A stretch of DNA of 62,999 bases, counting the filler, from Octopus bimaculoides (lineage: Eukaryota): assembly GCF_001194135.2 (NCBI RefSeq). It is 3 parts of 2 records of this genome, joined end to end, with 100 filler letters (N's around TTAATTAATTAA, not from the genome) between each part and the next. Parts side by side here need not be neighbours in the genome. Positions count along the whole stretch, not along the records: positions 29,122 to 50,235 come from NC_068981.1; positions 50,336 to 62,999 come from NC_068981.1; 1 more part is not named here. One strand, 5' to 3'. The notes below the pieces were generated by a model. That model had not been told where the DNA came from, searched no databases, and saw only the letters and a program-made list of their open reading frames with translations. Both the position numbers and the translations under genes were made by a program. Of the stretch, positions 37,481-50,478 are shown piece by piece. Positions within the stretch are counted from its first letter, which is position 1. The number at the start of each line of letters is the position of its first letter.

Positions 37481-38766
37481 GTAAGTATCCTACATATTTA
37501 TTTGAAATACTATATCTTGCATATCTCTTTTACATGTTCATAAAGTGGTTAAGTGTTCCATTTGTTATTGAAGTGAATGATTATTTCACTCAGACAAAAA
37601 GTAGGATATTTTCTTTTGATTTGACTACAGTGTATTATTGTATTACTGACATTTAGTTGTCTACACGAGGAGCAAAATTCAGCCAGATAAAATTATAATA
37701 TTTGGATTTAAAATTCAGAGACAGAAAACTAGTTGACATAAAAGATCTACCATATTTTCTGGTATTCAAGTCAACATAGAATATAGTGTAAACATGAAGT
37801 GTAAACATTCAAACATCACCACTACTTTTCAAATCCTACTGCATTTCACATGGAGTTTTTGATACTTCAAAATCATATTAGTGTAACAGTCAACCTACCT
37901 TTTCTGGCTGTAAATTGTGGCATGAAAAATTCAACTTTATATGCCAGAAAATACAGTAATCCAGTCTTTTAGTGTCTGTGCCAAAGCAGTTTCTATGTGA
38001 TTACTTAGTCTGCTGCAACTAAGCATAAAATTGCTCTCATGTCACTCTGCATCATCTTAGAATTGGTAGGATACATTGGATAATGAAGTCCTAGATATTT
38101 AATCTATGTCTAGAAATAATCTGGAATGTTCATGTTTTAAAAACTTTTTATTATACATATCTTTGGTATCTGGTGATGGTGCCATGTAAAAGGCATCCAG
38201 TACACTGTAAAGTGGTTGGCATTAAGAAGGACATCCGGCCATAGAAACCATGCCAAAATAGACTATGGTACCTGGTGCAGCCCCTGGCCTTGCTAGTTCC
38301 TTTCAAGCCATCCAACCAGCATGGAAAATGGATGTTAAGTGTTCCATAAATCCTTTCTTATAGAGAACAATAAAATAGTAGACTGATAAATCCTCTCAGC
38401 ACATTATTTTATTGACTCAAAGAGGCAAAGTCATCTGCAACTGGATTTGAACTCAAAACCATGAAACATCAAGCTAAAAAGGCATAAAACATGTGGCCTT
38501 GCACTCTAAGTACCATTTGATCAAATCGCCACATTTGTTTTACTGATTTCAGTCATTGGATTGTGTCTCTTTAAGGGGTTGTGTTTGAAGTGAAATCACA
38601 TCAATACCAATAGTCTGGTAGTTATTTTATTGGTCTCTTTTCATTGAGTAGATAAGTCATCTTTGTACATTGAAAAACACAGACACAAACAAAGAAAATC
38701 CACATATACAAACAGAGAGAGAGAGAAAGAGAGAGATAGGCTATATATTAGTGAGTNNNNNNNNNN

Positions 38767-39191
38767 TTAGTTTTCGTATTTTACATTTTTTACATTTGCT
38801 CTTAGGTTTGTTTCATCAGGGACTAAACAAATCAATAACAATAACCAATTAGGACTCTCTAAGTTCATGCTTGGAATCGAACTCGGAATCTTGGGGTTAG
38901 TAGCCTACGCTCTTAACCACTATGCCATATGCTTGGGGAATTTATGGAGTGAATTTTAGGGTTAATAAATCTAATATTTTTCTATTCTTCCTTAATACCG
39001 GTTCCCATATGCTGCTCATATCTGCATTCAGTCTGCTTAGGAGGTTGCTGTATCCTTCTTTTAGTTTTAGGAGGTTGTTGTGCTGCTTCTTTTAGTTTTC
39101 GTATTTTACATTTTTTACATTTGCTCTTAGGTTTGTTTCATCAGGGACTAAACAAACCAATAACAATAACCAATTAGGACTCTCTAAGTTC
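38767..39191 (-). repeat. 325-bp-period unit containing a tRNA-like Pol III head between 100-bp direct repeats
   Basis: 38767-38866 matches 39092-39191 with one mismatch. Minus-strand A-box TGGCATAGTGG and B-box GTTCGATTCC lie within 38867-38932. Confidence 0.75.
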
Positions 39192-39537
39192 CCTAATGAA
39201 TATTGACTGCATTTACTTTGTTAATTTTACTTTAATATTCTAGCACCCCTTAAGGTGGCTGAATTGTTAGCACATTGGGCAAAATGCCTAGCAGCATTTC
39301 ATTCGTCTTCAAATTCTACCAAGGTTGACTTTGCCTTTCATCCTTTCAGGGTCAATAAAATAAGTACCAGTTGAGAACTGGGGTTGATGTAATTGACTTA
39401 CCCTCTCCCCAAAACTTGCTGGCTTTGGGCCAAAATTTGAAACCAATATTCTTACACCCCTATTGAATATGGCCTCTATCTCTCTACTTCTAAACTGTCA
39501 ATAATGGTATAGCTATATAAAGATAATGTTTCTTTAG

Positions 39538-39671
39538 GTGAAAGACATATTTCTGCAAATTGACCTCACCATCATCAGAAGTCTGCAGAGTGTACAGAAA
39601 ATAATCATCAATGACAAGCATTGTTTTGAAGCTCTCGGATATGACATTTTAATTGATGATCAACTGAAAGT
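39538..39671 (+). CDS. TTLL9: TTLL9 coding exon ([44 protein letters not shown]+gt)
   Basis: Acceptor tttctttag, donor gt|gtgagt, 134 nt, phase 0/2. Matches [22 protein letters not shown]. Confidence 0.95.
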
Positions 39672-40990
39672 GTGAGTTAAAATTGCTTTCTATCTCTTTA
39701 TTCACAGTTTTTATGCTTATATATACTGTATTCTATGGCATAAACGACACATGTGCAGATTAGATGCACCCTAATTTCAGCTGCACACACTCAGAAAGAA
39801 AAGTTCATAGTGCATTAAAGGCTGTGGGAGGGCCATCTTCACATGTGAGACCTAGGGTGATTTTGTTGAGACCATTTTGTAATGGTGGGGTTGGTATAGT
39901 TAATTAAATGGAATTAAGTACTTGAATGTTACTTTATCAACCCAGAAGAGATGAAAAGCGACACTGACCTCTATGTGATTTGAACCTACAATCTAAAAAG
40001 CTATAACTAAATACCACAAGGTATTTGTTATTGTCTCATGAGACCCATTTTCAGACACCATAAGGATAAATAATTACTCTTAGTAGCAGAAGAATACATA
40101 ATTGCCCTGTATTTAGTTGAAATGTAATACTAAACTCAAATCATTATGAAGTCAATAGCTAATCACCCATTGATGGATGTGTTTGATGGAAATGTGATGC
40201 AAATTATCTGCATTTGTTACACTTGTATGTATTAAATTTTAGTCCATCACTCAACTGATTCAACCGCTCTTCCACTCTTAACCAATCTATATTCTTTAAC
40301 GAATACGTTACCTTTATTTAATCTATCATCCTTACCAAATCCACTTCTGCTAGGCAACATACTGACCAATCAGCCCCCTCTTGATCAATTCACCACCCTT
40401 AACCAATCACTAAACCATTTGACCAATCCACTGACCTTAACCAGTACATTACCTTCAACCAATCCACTGCATATATATTTAATTAATGAGAATTGCTAAT
40501 GATTGTGTCAATGATATTACCAGACAGTAAGCCACAAGCTCATTGGTTTATATCTTCTCAAAGAGGCTGTACTGTGTCCATAACTAAGATACTAAAGTAA
40601 CTCCAACTGCAGCATGATGAGCAAATATAGAAACCTGCAAGCAGTTGCTTGATCACTCAGGTTTAGCAGTCCAATATCCCTCAGATCTTAACAAAAATGG
40701 AAGGATATATAGGATATATATAGTATAATGTAGTCTTAGATATGTTTAACAAAAATATGGGATAATTATAGTTAGAACACTTAGTCATAAGTTTGCTCAA
40801 TCACTACTGACATTTGGATAAAAAGCAATAACAACATCATCATTAAAAAATTGATGAGCATTCTGTTTGTTATCTTGTAGTCTAATGTTCAATTCCTCCT
40901 GTTGCTTTGGCATAATTTTTACCAGAAAAGTAATATTAGGCATTTAACTAAGGAAATATGAAATCAATTATGCAAGAAGTTGTGTAAACA

Positions 40991-41894
40991 AGGTGTGTTC
41001 AAAAAGTATCTAACTCTATTTTTTCCTACCAAAACTAATGCCATGTGGGAAAAACCCTTTGAGTGGGAGGGTGATGCCATTCTTCCTGTGTATGCAAGAA
41101 AATTTTTGTGCTGGTTGGCCATGTCAGTTCTCGGCTGTTAAGCCTAGTGTACAGATGTATAGTGCACGCTTGTCAGATTTTCGTTTTCACACAAGATGAC
41201 CAAAAACATTGAGCAGAGACCATAAACCCATGTTTCATCACCAGTGATGACAGTCTTCATGAAGTCTGGATCATGGTTTGCACAGTCTAGCATGTCCTGT
41301 GTGATTTCCATGCAGAGTTGCTGCTGCTGCTCCACCAGCATCTAGGGAATGAATTTTGCTGACACTCTCTGCATGCACAAATCCTCCATTAAAATGGAAT
41401 GCATCGATTCTGTGCTCATTTCTACTTCGTGGGAAATCTTCTGGATTTTTATAGGACAGTCTTCCATGACTATTCTCGATTGGCTCCGTGTTTTGTCTTA
41501 TGGATGGTCTACCCAAGCATGCCTCACTCTCCGCTGGGTTGTGCCATGTTTGAAGCAGTTGTACCACTCCTTGATCCATGTTTTGCCTATGACATCATTA
41601 CCAAAAGACTGCTGAATCTTCTGGATATTATGAGCTTGAGTTTGTCTAGGATCTTGGCAAAACTTGATGAAATATATCTGCTCGATGTGTTTGGCGAAAA
41701 CGAAAATCTGATGAGCGTGCACTACATGTCTGTATTCTAGGCACAAGCCAGGAGCTGACTGGGCCTACCATCATGAAAAAATTTACACATACATAGGAAG
41801 AGTGGCATCACCTCCCACCCAAAGGATTTCACCCATATAGCATTAGTTTTGGCTGGAAAAAATAAAGATGGATACTTTGTGAATGCACCTTGTA
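40991..41894 (-). mobile_element. Mariner-derived fold-back element
   Basis: About 200-bp inverted ends starting aggtgtgttcaaaaagtatc / gatactttgtgaatgcacct; internal HTH remnant (IKFC...IKEWYNCFKHG) and ITGDETWVYG. Confidence 0.8.
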
Positions 41895-43715
41895 TCTTTA
41901 AAAATTTTCTGGATGAACGAAGTTGAAGATGGTGGTAGTGGTGATGGTGGGGTTTGAGGGTGGTGGTGGTTGTGGCGGGGATGGTGATTATGATGATGAT
42001 GATGATGGGGGCTGGAGGAGGAGGAGAAAGAGTAGGATTAACAGAAGGATTCACTGAGAGACATAGACAGCCATATTTGAAAACTGGCTTACAGAGCAAA
42101 CCATTGGTTCATATATCAACAATACAACTGTGTTACCAGTTTATTATTTTGTGTTTATATGAAATTTTACACTTTCATCTCAAATTATCCAAACAATAAA
42201 ATCTGGGGTCATTCGTTGTGAAAGTAGAACATTTAAAAAAAATTTAAAGTTGTATAAGAAGAATTTGCAGAACAGGAGTTGTGATAAGAATGCTTCTACT
42301 GTGACATCCATATCACTAGGAAAGACACTTTACTATAGATAGCTCTGTTCAGTGAATAGTATTGCCTCACGGGGATTCTTGACAGGCACCATGAAGAGCA
42401 TTAATTGCTCTTAGCAGCAGAGGAACACATAATTATCCAACATTTAGCTGAAATGCAATACCAGACTCAAAATTATTCTGAAATTAATAGAGATAATTAA
42501 CTGTTGATGGTTGCATTTGATAGAAAAGTCATGCAAATTGTCAGCATTTGATGCACTTGTATGTGTTAAGTTTTAGTTGATTGGTTAAACATCATTATCA
42601 TCACCATCCTCATTTTATGTTTGTTTTCCATGTTGACATGATTTGGCTGTCTCAACATTTTGCCACCTGTAGTCTGTTGCTTTCCCATTTGTTGTGATCA
42701 TTCCTCTTGCCACCTGTTACATTCCGTTATCATATCACCTACTGCAATCCTTTGTCATCTCATAGCACAACAGCAGAGAAAAAAACCTAGCTAACTTTCT
42801 TGTGCATATTGTTATTTCTGGTGCAGTTTTTACAGCTTGTTTCCCTTTCCAGCACAAACCACCTAACAGCTTAGACTGAGTGCAGTTTATTGTACCATGT
42901 GTGTTGTAAATATATAATTAGATCTCTAATAAAAGCACAGTGGAATATTTAAACACAGAAGAATATCTGTTTCAACATTATTTGGTAATAATTCATGCAA
43001 ACGTAAAAATTTCTAAAACTTCCTCACCAATCTAACTTAGAAAGTAGAGATATAAAAATATTAAAAATAAACCATACTAACTGAGAATCTGAGCATAATC
43101 TAATGTCTGTAATTTTTGTTTTTATACAAATTGACAATATTGAATATTTCAGCAATGAGGAAGTTTTACTTTGAATTGTGGTGCAGATTCCATTCATTTT
43201 TATTTTTGGAAACTCTTGATTTCCCCACTGTTACTAACATTCTAATTCAGAAATTATGCAGCAAAGAAATTGAATCTATTTTCTATTTATGATATTGTCT
43301 GGAGATTTGATTCTCTGTCTATACTCATATACAGGCAAACATGACTGCACAAAATGCACAGAAACATACACAGACACACATATGTACACTCATACACACT
43401 CACATACAATAGTATTTTTGTCTGTTCAAACTGAGAAAAAATATATTACTCTGGCATTTATTTGTGACATTAATACTTCATTTCTGTTTTAATGACAATG
43501 AAATTATCAAGGATACTTTTTGTTTCCAAAAATGAAAAGGCAGACATTTTGATGAAATTTGTTAACTTTCAATCTGAAAGGAAGCTTTATTTTAATGGTA
43601 TTCACTGAAAATAAATGTTTATTTCTTACAAATTAGTCACTCTGGATTTTGTGATTTTTATGATTCTTGAAGTTATAAATTATCAGTGTCTAGTTATTTT
43701 ATGTTTCTGTGTATA

Positions 43716-44042
43716 TTTGACTTCTCTTGTTTTTTGTCTCATATATAACAGACTTTTGTTGTTTTGTGTCTCATTTTTGACTGACCATCATTGTTTTGTG
43801 TCTCATATTTGACAGACTTTCACTGTTTGGTGTCTATTTGACTGACTGTTGCTGTTTTGTGTCTCATATTTGACAGACTTTCACTGTTNNNNNNNNNNTT
43901 GACTGACTGTTGCTGTTTTGTGTCTCATATTTGACAGACTTTCACTGTTTGGTGTCTATTTGACTGACTGTTGCTGTTTTGTGTCTCATATTTGAAGGAA
44001 TTTTGTTATTTCATGTCTCATATTTGACTGACTTTTGTTATT
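43716..44042. repeat. About 30-bp minisatellite with alternating A/B units (about 60-bp higher-order period)
   Basis: tttgactgactgttgctgttttgtgtctcata alternates with tttgacagactttcactgtttggtgtcta; includes a 10-N gap. Confidence 0.85.
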
Positions 44043-44078
44043 TTATTAATGACTAACATATGAAAACCCTTCTTTCAG

Positions 44079-44192
44079 ATGGCTGATTGAAATTAATGCT
44101 TCTCCTTCATTCACTGCTACCAGCAAAGAAGATTATGATTTGAAATATGGTCTCTTAACTGATGTATTTAACATTTTAGATATGGAAAATAG
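44079..44192 (+). CDS. TTLL9: TTLL9 coding exon ([37 protein letters not shown]+ag)
   Basis: GACTAAC branch-like site at 44051, acceptor ttctttcag, donor ag|gtatgc, 114 nt, phase 2/2. Catalytic WL.E.N.SPS motif intact. Confidence 0.96.
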
Positions 44193-45302
44193 GTATGCTA
44201 TTGTGTTATTATATGCAACAGCCTACCATCTAGCTAACTTCCTATCTCAACAGTTAGCTTGAGAATTGGCTAATTAACTGAACACTCAGCCAATGAATCA
44301 ATCAAATTAACACTCTGTGAAATGGGATTTAAATGGTATATGGCCATATGTAAGATATGCTAAACTACTTCTGAGATGCATTTTATATAAAGTACATTTA
44401 TGTAAGATGTATTTGATGCACCTACACACACATGTGGGCACATACATGTGCAGGCACGCACACACATGCACACAAGCATGGACACACACCACACACACTC
44501 ACTCTCTTACATATCTGTGAGACATACGAGTGCCAACTAAATCAATTTGAATTTTTTCTAACACTGAAGTGTATTCCAATACCTCTTGCTTGCAACAAAA
44601 ATTCTGTTACTAGTCTGGAGAGGATGAACTAAATTGTAGAAAGAAATCTGTTTCTTTTTTTAAATTTCATTTTTTTAATTATTTAGTCCTCTCATCACCC
44701 TCATTGTACTCTCCCCAACATGACTCTACATTAACTACTTTTCCTAGTCCTTCATCTGCAGAACTCTCTGGAATTCCCAGTCCATATTTTTCTTAACAGC
44801 TGTTCAGGAGGGAAACTTTAACCAATTCAATCTCACTGTCCTTGAAGGATTACACAAAAGCTATGCACACTCCTCCTGCCTAAATCATCCCTTCACTGCC
44901 TCTACTTGTGCATCCTTCCAAACTGGAAGCAGTTGACTGCTTTCTCTCTCTTTTTTCTTAACCCTTCACTCCCTATGGAGCATAGGCCATCAACGACTTT
45001 CCACTGTTCTCTTCTATGCTAGCATTGAAAAATAGGTGTTGAATGAAAAAATGTATATACATACATACATGTGTGTGTATGTGTAAGTTTGTATGTATAT
45101 ATATGTAATTATAACCAACAGATGATATCCAGAGACTCTCAGTATAGAAAACACATAGTAACGCTCAAATGATTTTAACCTAGATTCTGATGTCTTTACG
45201 ATGGACCAATTCTGCTATAAGAGGAATCCAGGTGAGCAGATATGGAGGCAACTATGTAGATAAACAAATTAAATATAGCAGCTAGGGTTTGATATACAAT
45301 TT

Positions 45303-46085
45303 ATACGAGGGAATACCCAAAAGAAACCAGAATTTTGCAATATTATTTTATTCACTTAGTTTTACATGTTTACAATTTTATCACCTTTGAAGTATTCTCC
45401 ATTTGAAGCAACTCATCAGTCCAGGTGTATTTTCCACTATCCAAATCAGTGCTGGAACTCTTGCAAAGTGATGCCTTTTAATGCCTCCGTTGTTTTTTCT
45501 TCACCTTTTTCACATCTGCAAATTCTGTAGCATCAGCTTCCATCACCAGTGATGACCTTAAAAAAAAAGGTCCAGATCAACTTCCAACTGTTCTTTCAGT
45601 TTGCGACACAAATTCGGTTGTGACTGCTTTTGATCTTCCATGAGCAAGTAAGGCACAAATTTTGCCATAATTCTTTTCATTCACAATTCCTCATTCAAAA
45701 TTCATTGGTAGGAGCTCCAGGATGCATCAGTCATATCAACAAGTTTGGTGATGGTCCTCCAAGATCAGTTCATGAATTTTCATTTGTTCGGGAGGTCGAC
45801 AGTTGTCTTGAGCAAGGCTGGTCTTCAAGCGACAAGTGACCATTTCTAAAGCATGGAAACCACTTGTAAACTTGAGTTTTGCTCATGGCAGTGTCCTTGT
45901 AAGCTGTTTGAGGCATGACAGCTGTTTTGGCTGCCGTTTTCCCCAGCAGAAAACAGAATTTCATGGAAGCCCGCTGTTCCTTGGTTTCAGCTATCACAAA
46001 AATTGATGAACAGGGGAGAAGCATTGCAAAACAAAGATGCACCACATGCAGTATGACTTCACCTGCCACCATATACATACAGCTT
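45303..46085 (-). mobile_element. Internally deleted mariner element
   Basis: EQRASMKFCFLLGKTAAKT...YKDTAMSKTQVYKWF..FRNGHLSLED (mariner HTH); tacgaggg-type terminus at 45303. Confidence 0.8.
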
Positions 46086-46603
46086 ATTCTACAGTCTTTG
46101 AATTAAATTTTAATTTTATTTATAAGAGATTTTATGTTTCTTCAGTTTCTTTTCATCTACTTTGCCTTTATATCAGTTTGGAATGGTCTAGAAATATTGA
46201 TATATACATCAATTCTGGAAGAACTTTTTATTTTTTAGCTGGGTGCCATTCTTAATGGTAGCCATACTATTCTAAAGTAAAAGTCTTTATCAGTTATTTT
46301 AACTAAAACAAGTTTAGCAAGTTTGTACTAAATCAATTAAGTTACGGAGCATGACTTAGGAAAAGGAGTTACCACAGCATTTATAGTAATAGTTGAAGCT
46401 GGTTACTTATAAAGCATTGTTTTTTAAATTACAAAGTCTACAGTATTACAATATTTGAAATAAGTTGTTGATGTAAGTCTGCATGATCAGGGTGAAACTG
46501 AGGCTAAATGGCTAATTTTTGGTTTTGTTCTATATGTTTAAATAAACAGAACATTACAAAGATTTATGAATGAAACATAATTTTCCTTTTTCTATTTTCA
46601 TAG

Positions 46604-46725
46604 ATTAACAGGCAATGAAAAAAGAATTGGTGGATTTGATTTACTATGGCATGATGGAGCAGTGCATTCTGATGATGCTAATATAATATCTAATGGAGCC
46701 AACTCAACCCATAATTCCTTTTTAG
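46604..46725 (+). CDS. TTLL9: TTLL9 coding exon (LTGNEKRIGGFDLLWHDGAVHSDDANIISNGANSTHNSFL+g)
   Basis: Acceptor tattttcatag, donor tag|gttagt, 122 nt, phase 2/1. Matches TTLL9 RLTG.EKR.GGFDL.W.DG. Confidence 0.94.
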
Positions 46726-48747
46726 GTTAGTATGTCAAACAGTAGCAGAACTAGTCCTGAAAATTTGCTAATGGTTTCATAGTTATTGAGTTTGAAGAGA
46801 ATCTATAGGTTAATATCAACCATACATGATGGGAAATTCTTTCTTTATTGATTTGCTCTGACAGAAAGTGCTCAGCCTACAGACTATGCTAGCATTTCTA
46901 GGTGAATTAGTCTTCTTGGAAAGGAAAAACTAGGAGATGATGCCATCATGGCGAACAATGATTTTATCAGTGTCAGCATTGGCATTGGCGTCCTTGGCAT
47001 CAGCACTGTTGCCACATCCACCATTGTTGTCGTTTAATGTCAACTTTTCCATGCTTGCATGTGTCAGAGAGAATTTCTCAAATTCGATTTTCTACAGTCA
47101 GATGTCCTTCCTGTTGCCAACCCTCACCTATTTTCAAGCAAGGTAATATTTTCCCATAGGTAGATATATTTTTCACGGAAGACTGGAAATGAGCAACATT
47201 GCTTGTATGATGATGATGATGCTCATTTACTATTACCATACTATGTCTAGATGAGTGTGTGCATGCGTGATGCATGCACACATGTACAATGGGCTTTTTC
47301 AGTTTCCCTCTGCCAAATCCACACTAAGGTTTTGGTTGTCCTGGTGCTATAGAAGACACTTGCCCAAGGTGTCACACAGTGGGAATTAACAAAAGACTAC
47401 ATGGTTGGGAAGTCAAGCTTCTTAACCACACAGTCATGCCTCATAAATGAGAAATTCTGTAAGCAAAGAAAACTATATTCAGATCAAGAAATATTAACAT
47501 AGGAGTAAAATCTTTGCTTGTATCACTAATTTGGCTGGGCATACTGTGGTTTATATATCTGACAGCATACTTTTTATCTGATCTATCAACTGAGTCAACT
47601 GCATTGGTCAGCTGCAGTTTCAGCTTCTGTAGACTAATGACTGAGCTTTTTGAAAATAGGTTTTTGTTTTAAGGAAAGTTTATGAGAGAAACTGCAAAAT
47701 CTCAATACATGATTGGTTATCAAACTAAATTGCAGGCATGATTGTGAATTTAAGAAGTTTGCTTTGCAACATTATGGCTTCAGGTTCAGTCCCATAGTGT
47801 GGTACGCTTTGCAACTGTATTCTGCTATAGTTCCAGGTTGACCAAAGCTTTGTGAGTGGATTCGGTAGATGGAAACTGAGAGAAATCCATTGTGTGTATA
47901 TACATGTTCTGTGTATGTGTGTGTGTGTGCGCACAGGTTGGAGGAAGTTCATTGGGACAGAATTACAACAGGCAAATATCCTTGCTGTAGTCGACGCTCA
48001 TCTGTTTCCTAGCATGGTGGTATTTTCCCCATGGCCAGAAGTCTTATGAAAGATTGGAATAAATGACACCACCTGTATGACAGTGAAACCCATTTACAAC
48101 TACCATGCAATATAAAGACGATGAGACATAAATATGCATTTTTCACATGACCCCCCCCCCTCTTCAGGTTTAATGCTTAATTGAATGTTCCAGAAAGAAT
48201 TGTAACTCACTATTTATATAAGGAAACCAGACCCCTGATTTGAAGTTAGTTTGATGCCTCTCAGTCCTTGAGTCAATTTTGTAATTTTCCATCTGCCAAT
48301 TAAAAGTGATAAAAATGCATATGTGTGCATGTTTGTGTATGTGCGTGTGCATGTGTATATCATCATCTTTACTTATGTTCATTTTTTTCATCCTTGCATG
48401 GGTCAGACGAAATTTTTGAGGCATATTTTTCTATGGTCAGATGTCCTTCCTGCTGTTAACCTTCACCTGTTTCTAGTCTAGCTAATTTTTACCAAAGGCC
48501 AGACATGTTTTTCATGGAAGACTGAAAATTAACAACATTGCTTGTGTGACAATGATGCTCATTTATTTCCACTGTGTGATATATAGACAAGGATACACTC
48601 AAATGCACTCACATATCTATCTATCTGTCTGTCGCTCTCTCTCTCTGTGTATATACATATATGCATGTAAATATAGGTATGTAAGTACATATAAATATAT
48701 ATATATGCATATATATATGTGTATATATATATGTGTGTATATATATA

Positions 48748-48783
<36 letters not shown>

Positions 48784-48916
48784 GATATATAAATTTGTAG
48801 TGTAAAATATATATATATGCGTGTGTGTGTATATATATATATATATATACACACACACATTTTTTGGGCTTTTATGAAGAGACCTTGTGTTTTTATTTTC
48901 TCTGTAATTTGTTTAG

Positions 48917-48987
48917 GTTGTGTAAATAACCGCAAGACTCAATTACGGCACATCTACACTCAAGCATCATCAAAGAAGATAAGTTGA
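48917..48987 (+). CDS. TTLL9: TTLL9 terminal coding exon (GCVNNRKTQLRHIYTQASSKKIS*)
   Basis: Acceptor ttgtttag, phase 1, TGA at 48985-48987. Matches the TTLL9 C-terminus GCVNDRKKQLR. The eight exons total 918 nt in one open frame. Confidence 0.92.
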
Positions 48988-49240
48988 GACTGGCAACATT
49001 TGCAATACTCCACAAAATCTTTTGGTTTCTATGTCAGCTATTTCGACTCAAGTTGAAATTTTCTAAGCAAGACAGAAGATTCAAATAGAATCATTTGATA
49101 TTGATTTTTATTTTTTTAATTTGAATACATAATAATCGTGTTCTTTACAGCAAAGAAGCAATTCAGGAAACGGTATGTTATTTTCTATTGGACTGAAATT
49201 AAAATGAAATGAAAGTTTTTCTGCTTGAATTTTGACTTTT

Positions 49241-49246
49241 AATAAA
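49241..49246 (+). terminator. Candidate polyadenylation signal for TTLL9
   Basis: AATAAA about 250 nt after the stop codon. AT-rich context makes it weak evidence alone. Confidence 0.35.
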
Positions 49247-50012
49247 AGCAAGAGAAAGTCTGAAACATGTTTGTCTATGTAATTGATAATTTTATGTCAA
49301 TTACCATAGCACTACTGTTATAGTAATTGATTATGTTCTCTAGAGATACTTACGAATCTATACTTTTGAGTTGAAATATTGCCAGAATTGTTTTCTAGGT
49401 TACTAACCTTGTTTGTAGCATGGTGGAGTGTTGAACCCAAACATTAAGTAAGGATTCTGAACTTAAAACCAGCCAAAGTACATACATCATTTATCTTCTA
49501 TCTTTTACTTGTTTCAGTCATGAGACTGCAGTCATGCTGGAGCATCACCTTGGAGAATTTTTGGTCAAATGAATTGACCTCAGTACTTCTTTTTTTCTCT
49601 TTTAAGCCTGGTACTTATTATATTGGTCGCTTTTGCTGAACCACTAAGTTTTGGGGATGTAAACACATCAACAACGGTTGTCAAGTAGTGGTGGGTCACA
49701 CACACACAATAATAATAATAACAACAATAATCCTTGGATGGAATTTATAAACATTTAATGTATTGCTACATGCGTTTCCACAAATCACACGTCTCTTAAG
49801 GTCACAGTCCATATTCACGAGAAGATTACAGTGTCTCTGTAGTATCCATGGGCATTGGGTAGATCATCTTCATGGATTCATTTCGTCAGGTGATATAACA
49901 TTAATGTATGTACAACAGAGGAATGCCTATCCCTACGTTTCTTGTAAACAAATTTAAAAGATGCATATATATATATATATAAAATGGCAAAGTTTCTTAT
50001 ATATATATATAT

Positions 50013-50235
50013 ATCATCATCATCGTTTAATGTCCGCTTTCCATGCTAGCATGGGTTGGACGATTGACTGAGGACTGGTGAAACCGGATGGCAACACCAG
50101 GCTCCAATCTAATTTGGAAGAGTTTCTACAGCTGGATGCCCTTCCTAACGCCAACCACTCAAAGAGTGTAGTGGGTGCTTTTACGTGTCACCCGCACGAA
50201 AACGGCCACGCTCGAAATGGTGTCTTTTATGTGCC
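50013..50235 (-). mobile_element. 3' tail of an RTE-like LINE or derived SINE
   Basis: atcatcatcatcgtttaatgtccgctttccatgctagcatgggttggacg, i.e. a (GAT)n tail on the minus strand. Related pieces at about 38170-38340(+), 47095-47235(-) and 48435-48565(-). Confidence 0.65.
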
Positions 50236-50407
50236 NNNNNNNNNNNNNNNNNNNNNNNNNNNNNNNNNNNNNNNNNNNNTTAATTAATTAANNNNNNNNN
50301 NNNNNNNNNNNNNNNNNNNNNNNNNNNNNNNNNNNTATATATATGTATATAATATACATATATATTATAATATATAATATGTACTGTATGTGTGTATTCA
50401 TGTTTAT

Positions 50408-50478
<71 letters not shown>

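Noticed and set aside
37485-37491. GTATCCT four bases after the donor at 37481, resembling a second U12 site
   Set aside because: GTAAGT at 37481 keeps the frame, the match is incomplete (GTATCCTAC), and no U12 branch site precedes the 39537 acceptor.
38805-38835. CTGATGA on the minus strand within a GTTTGTTT/AAACAAAC hairpin
   Set aside because: No correctly placed GAAA or cleavage triplet, so not a hammerhead.
38867-38932. tRNA-like sequence with A and B boxes
   Set aside because: No convincing acceptor stem, and it recurs as the head of repeats, so it is treated as a SINE head and not a tRNA gene.
43716-44042. Regularly spaced ~30-bp repeats as a possible CRISPR-like array
   Set aside because: No unique spacers; it is a tandem minisatellite in a eukaryotic intron.
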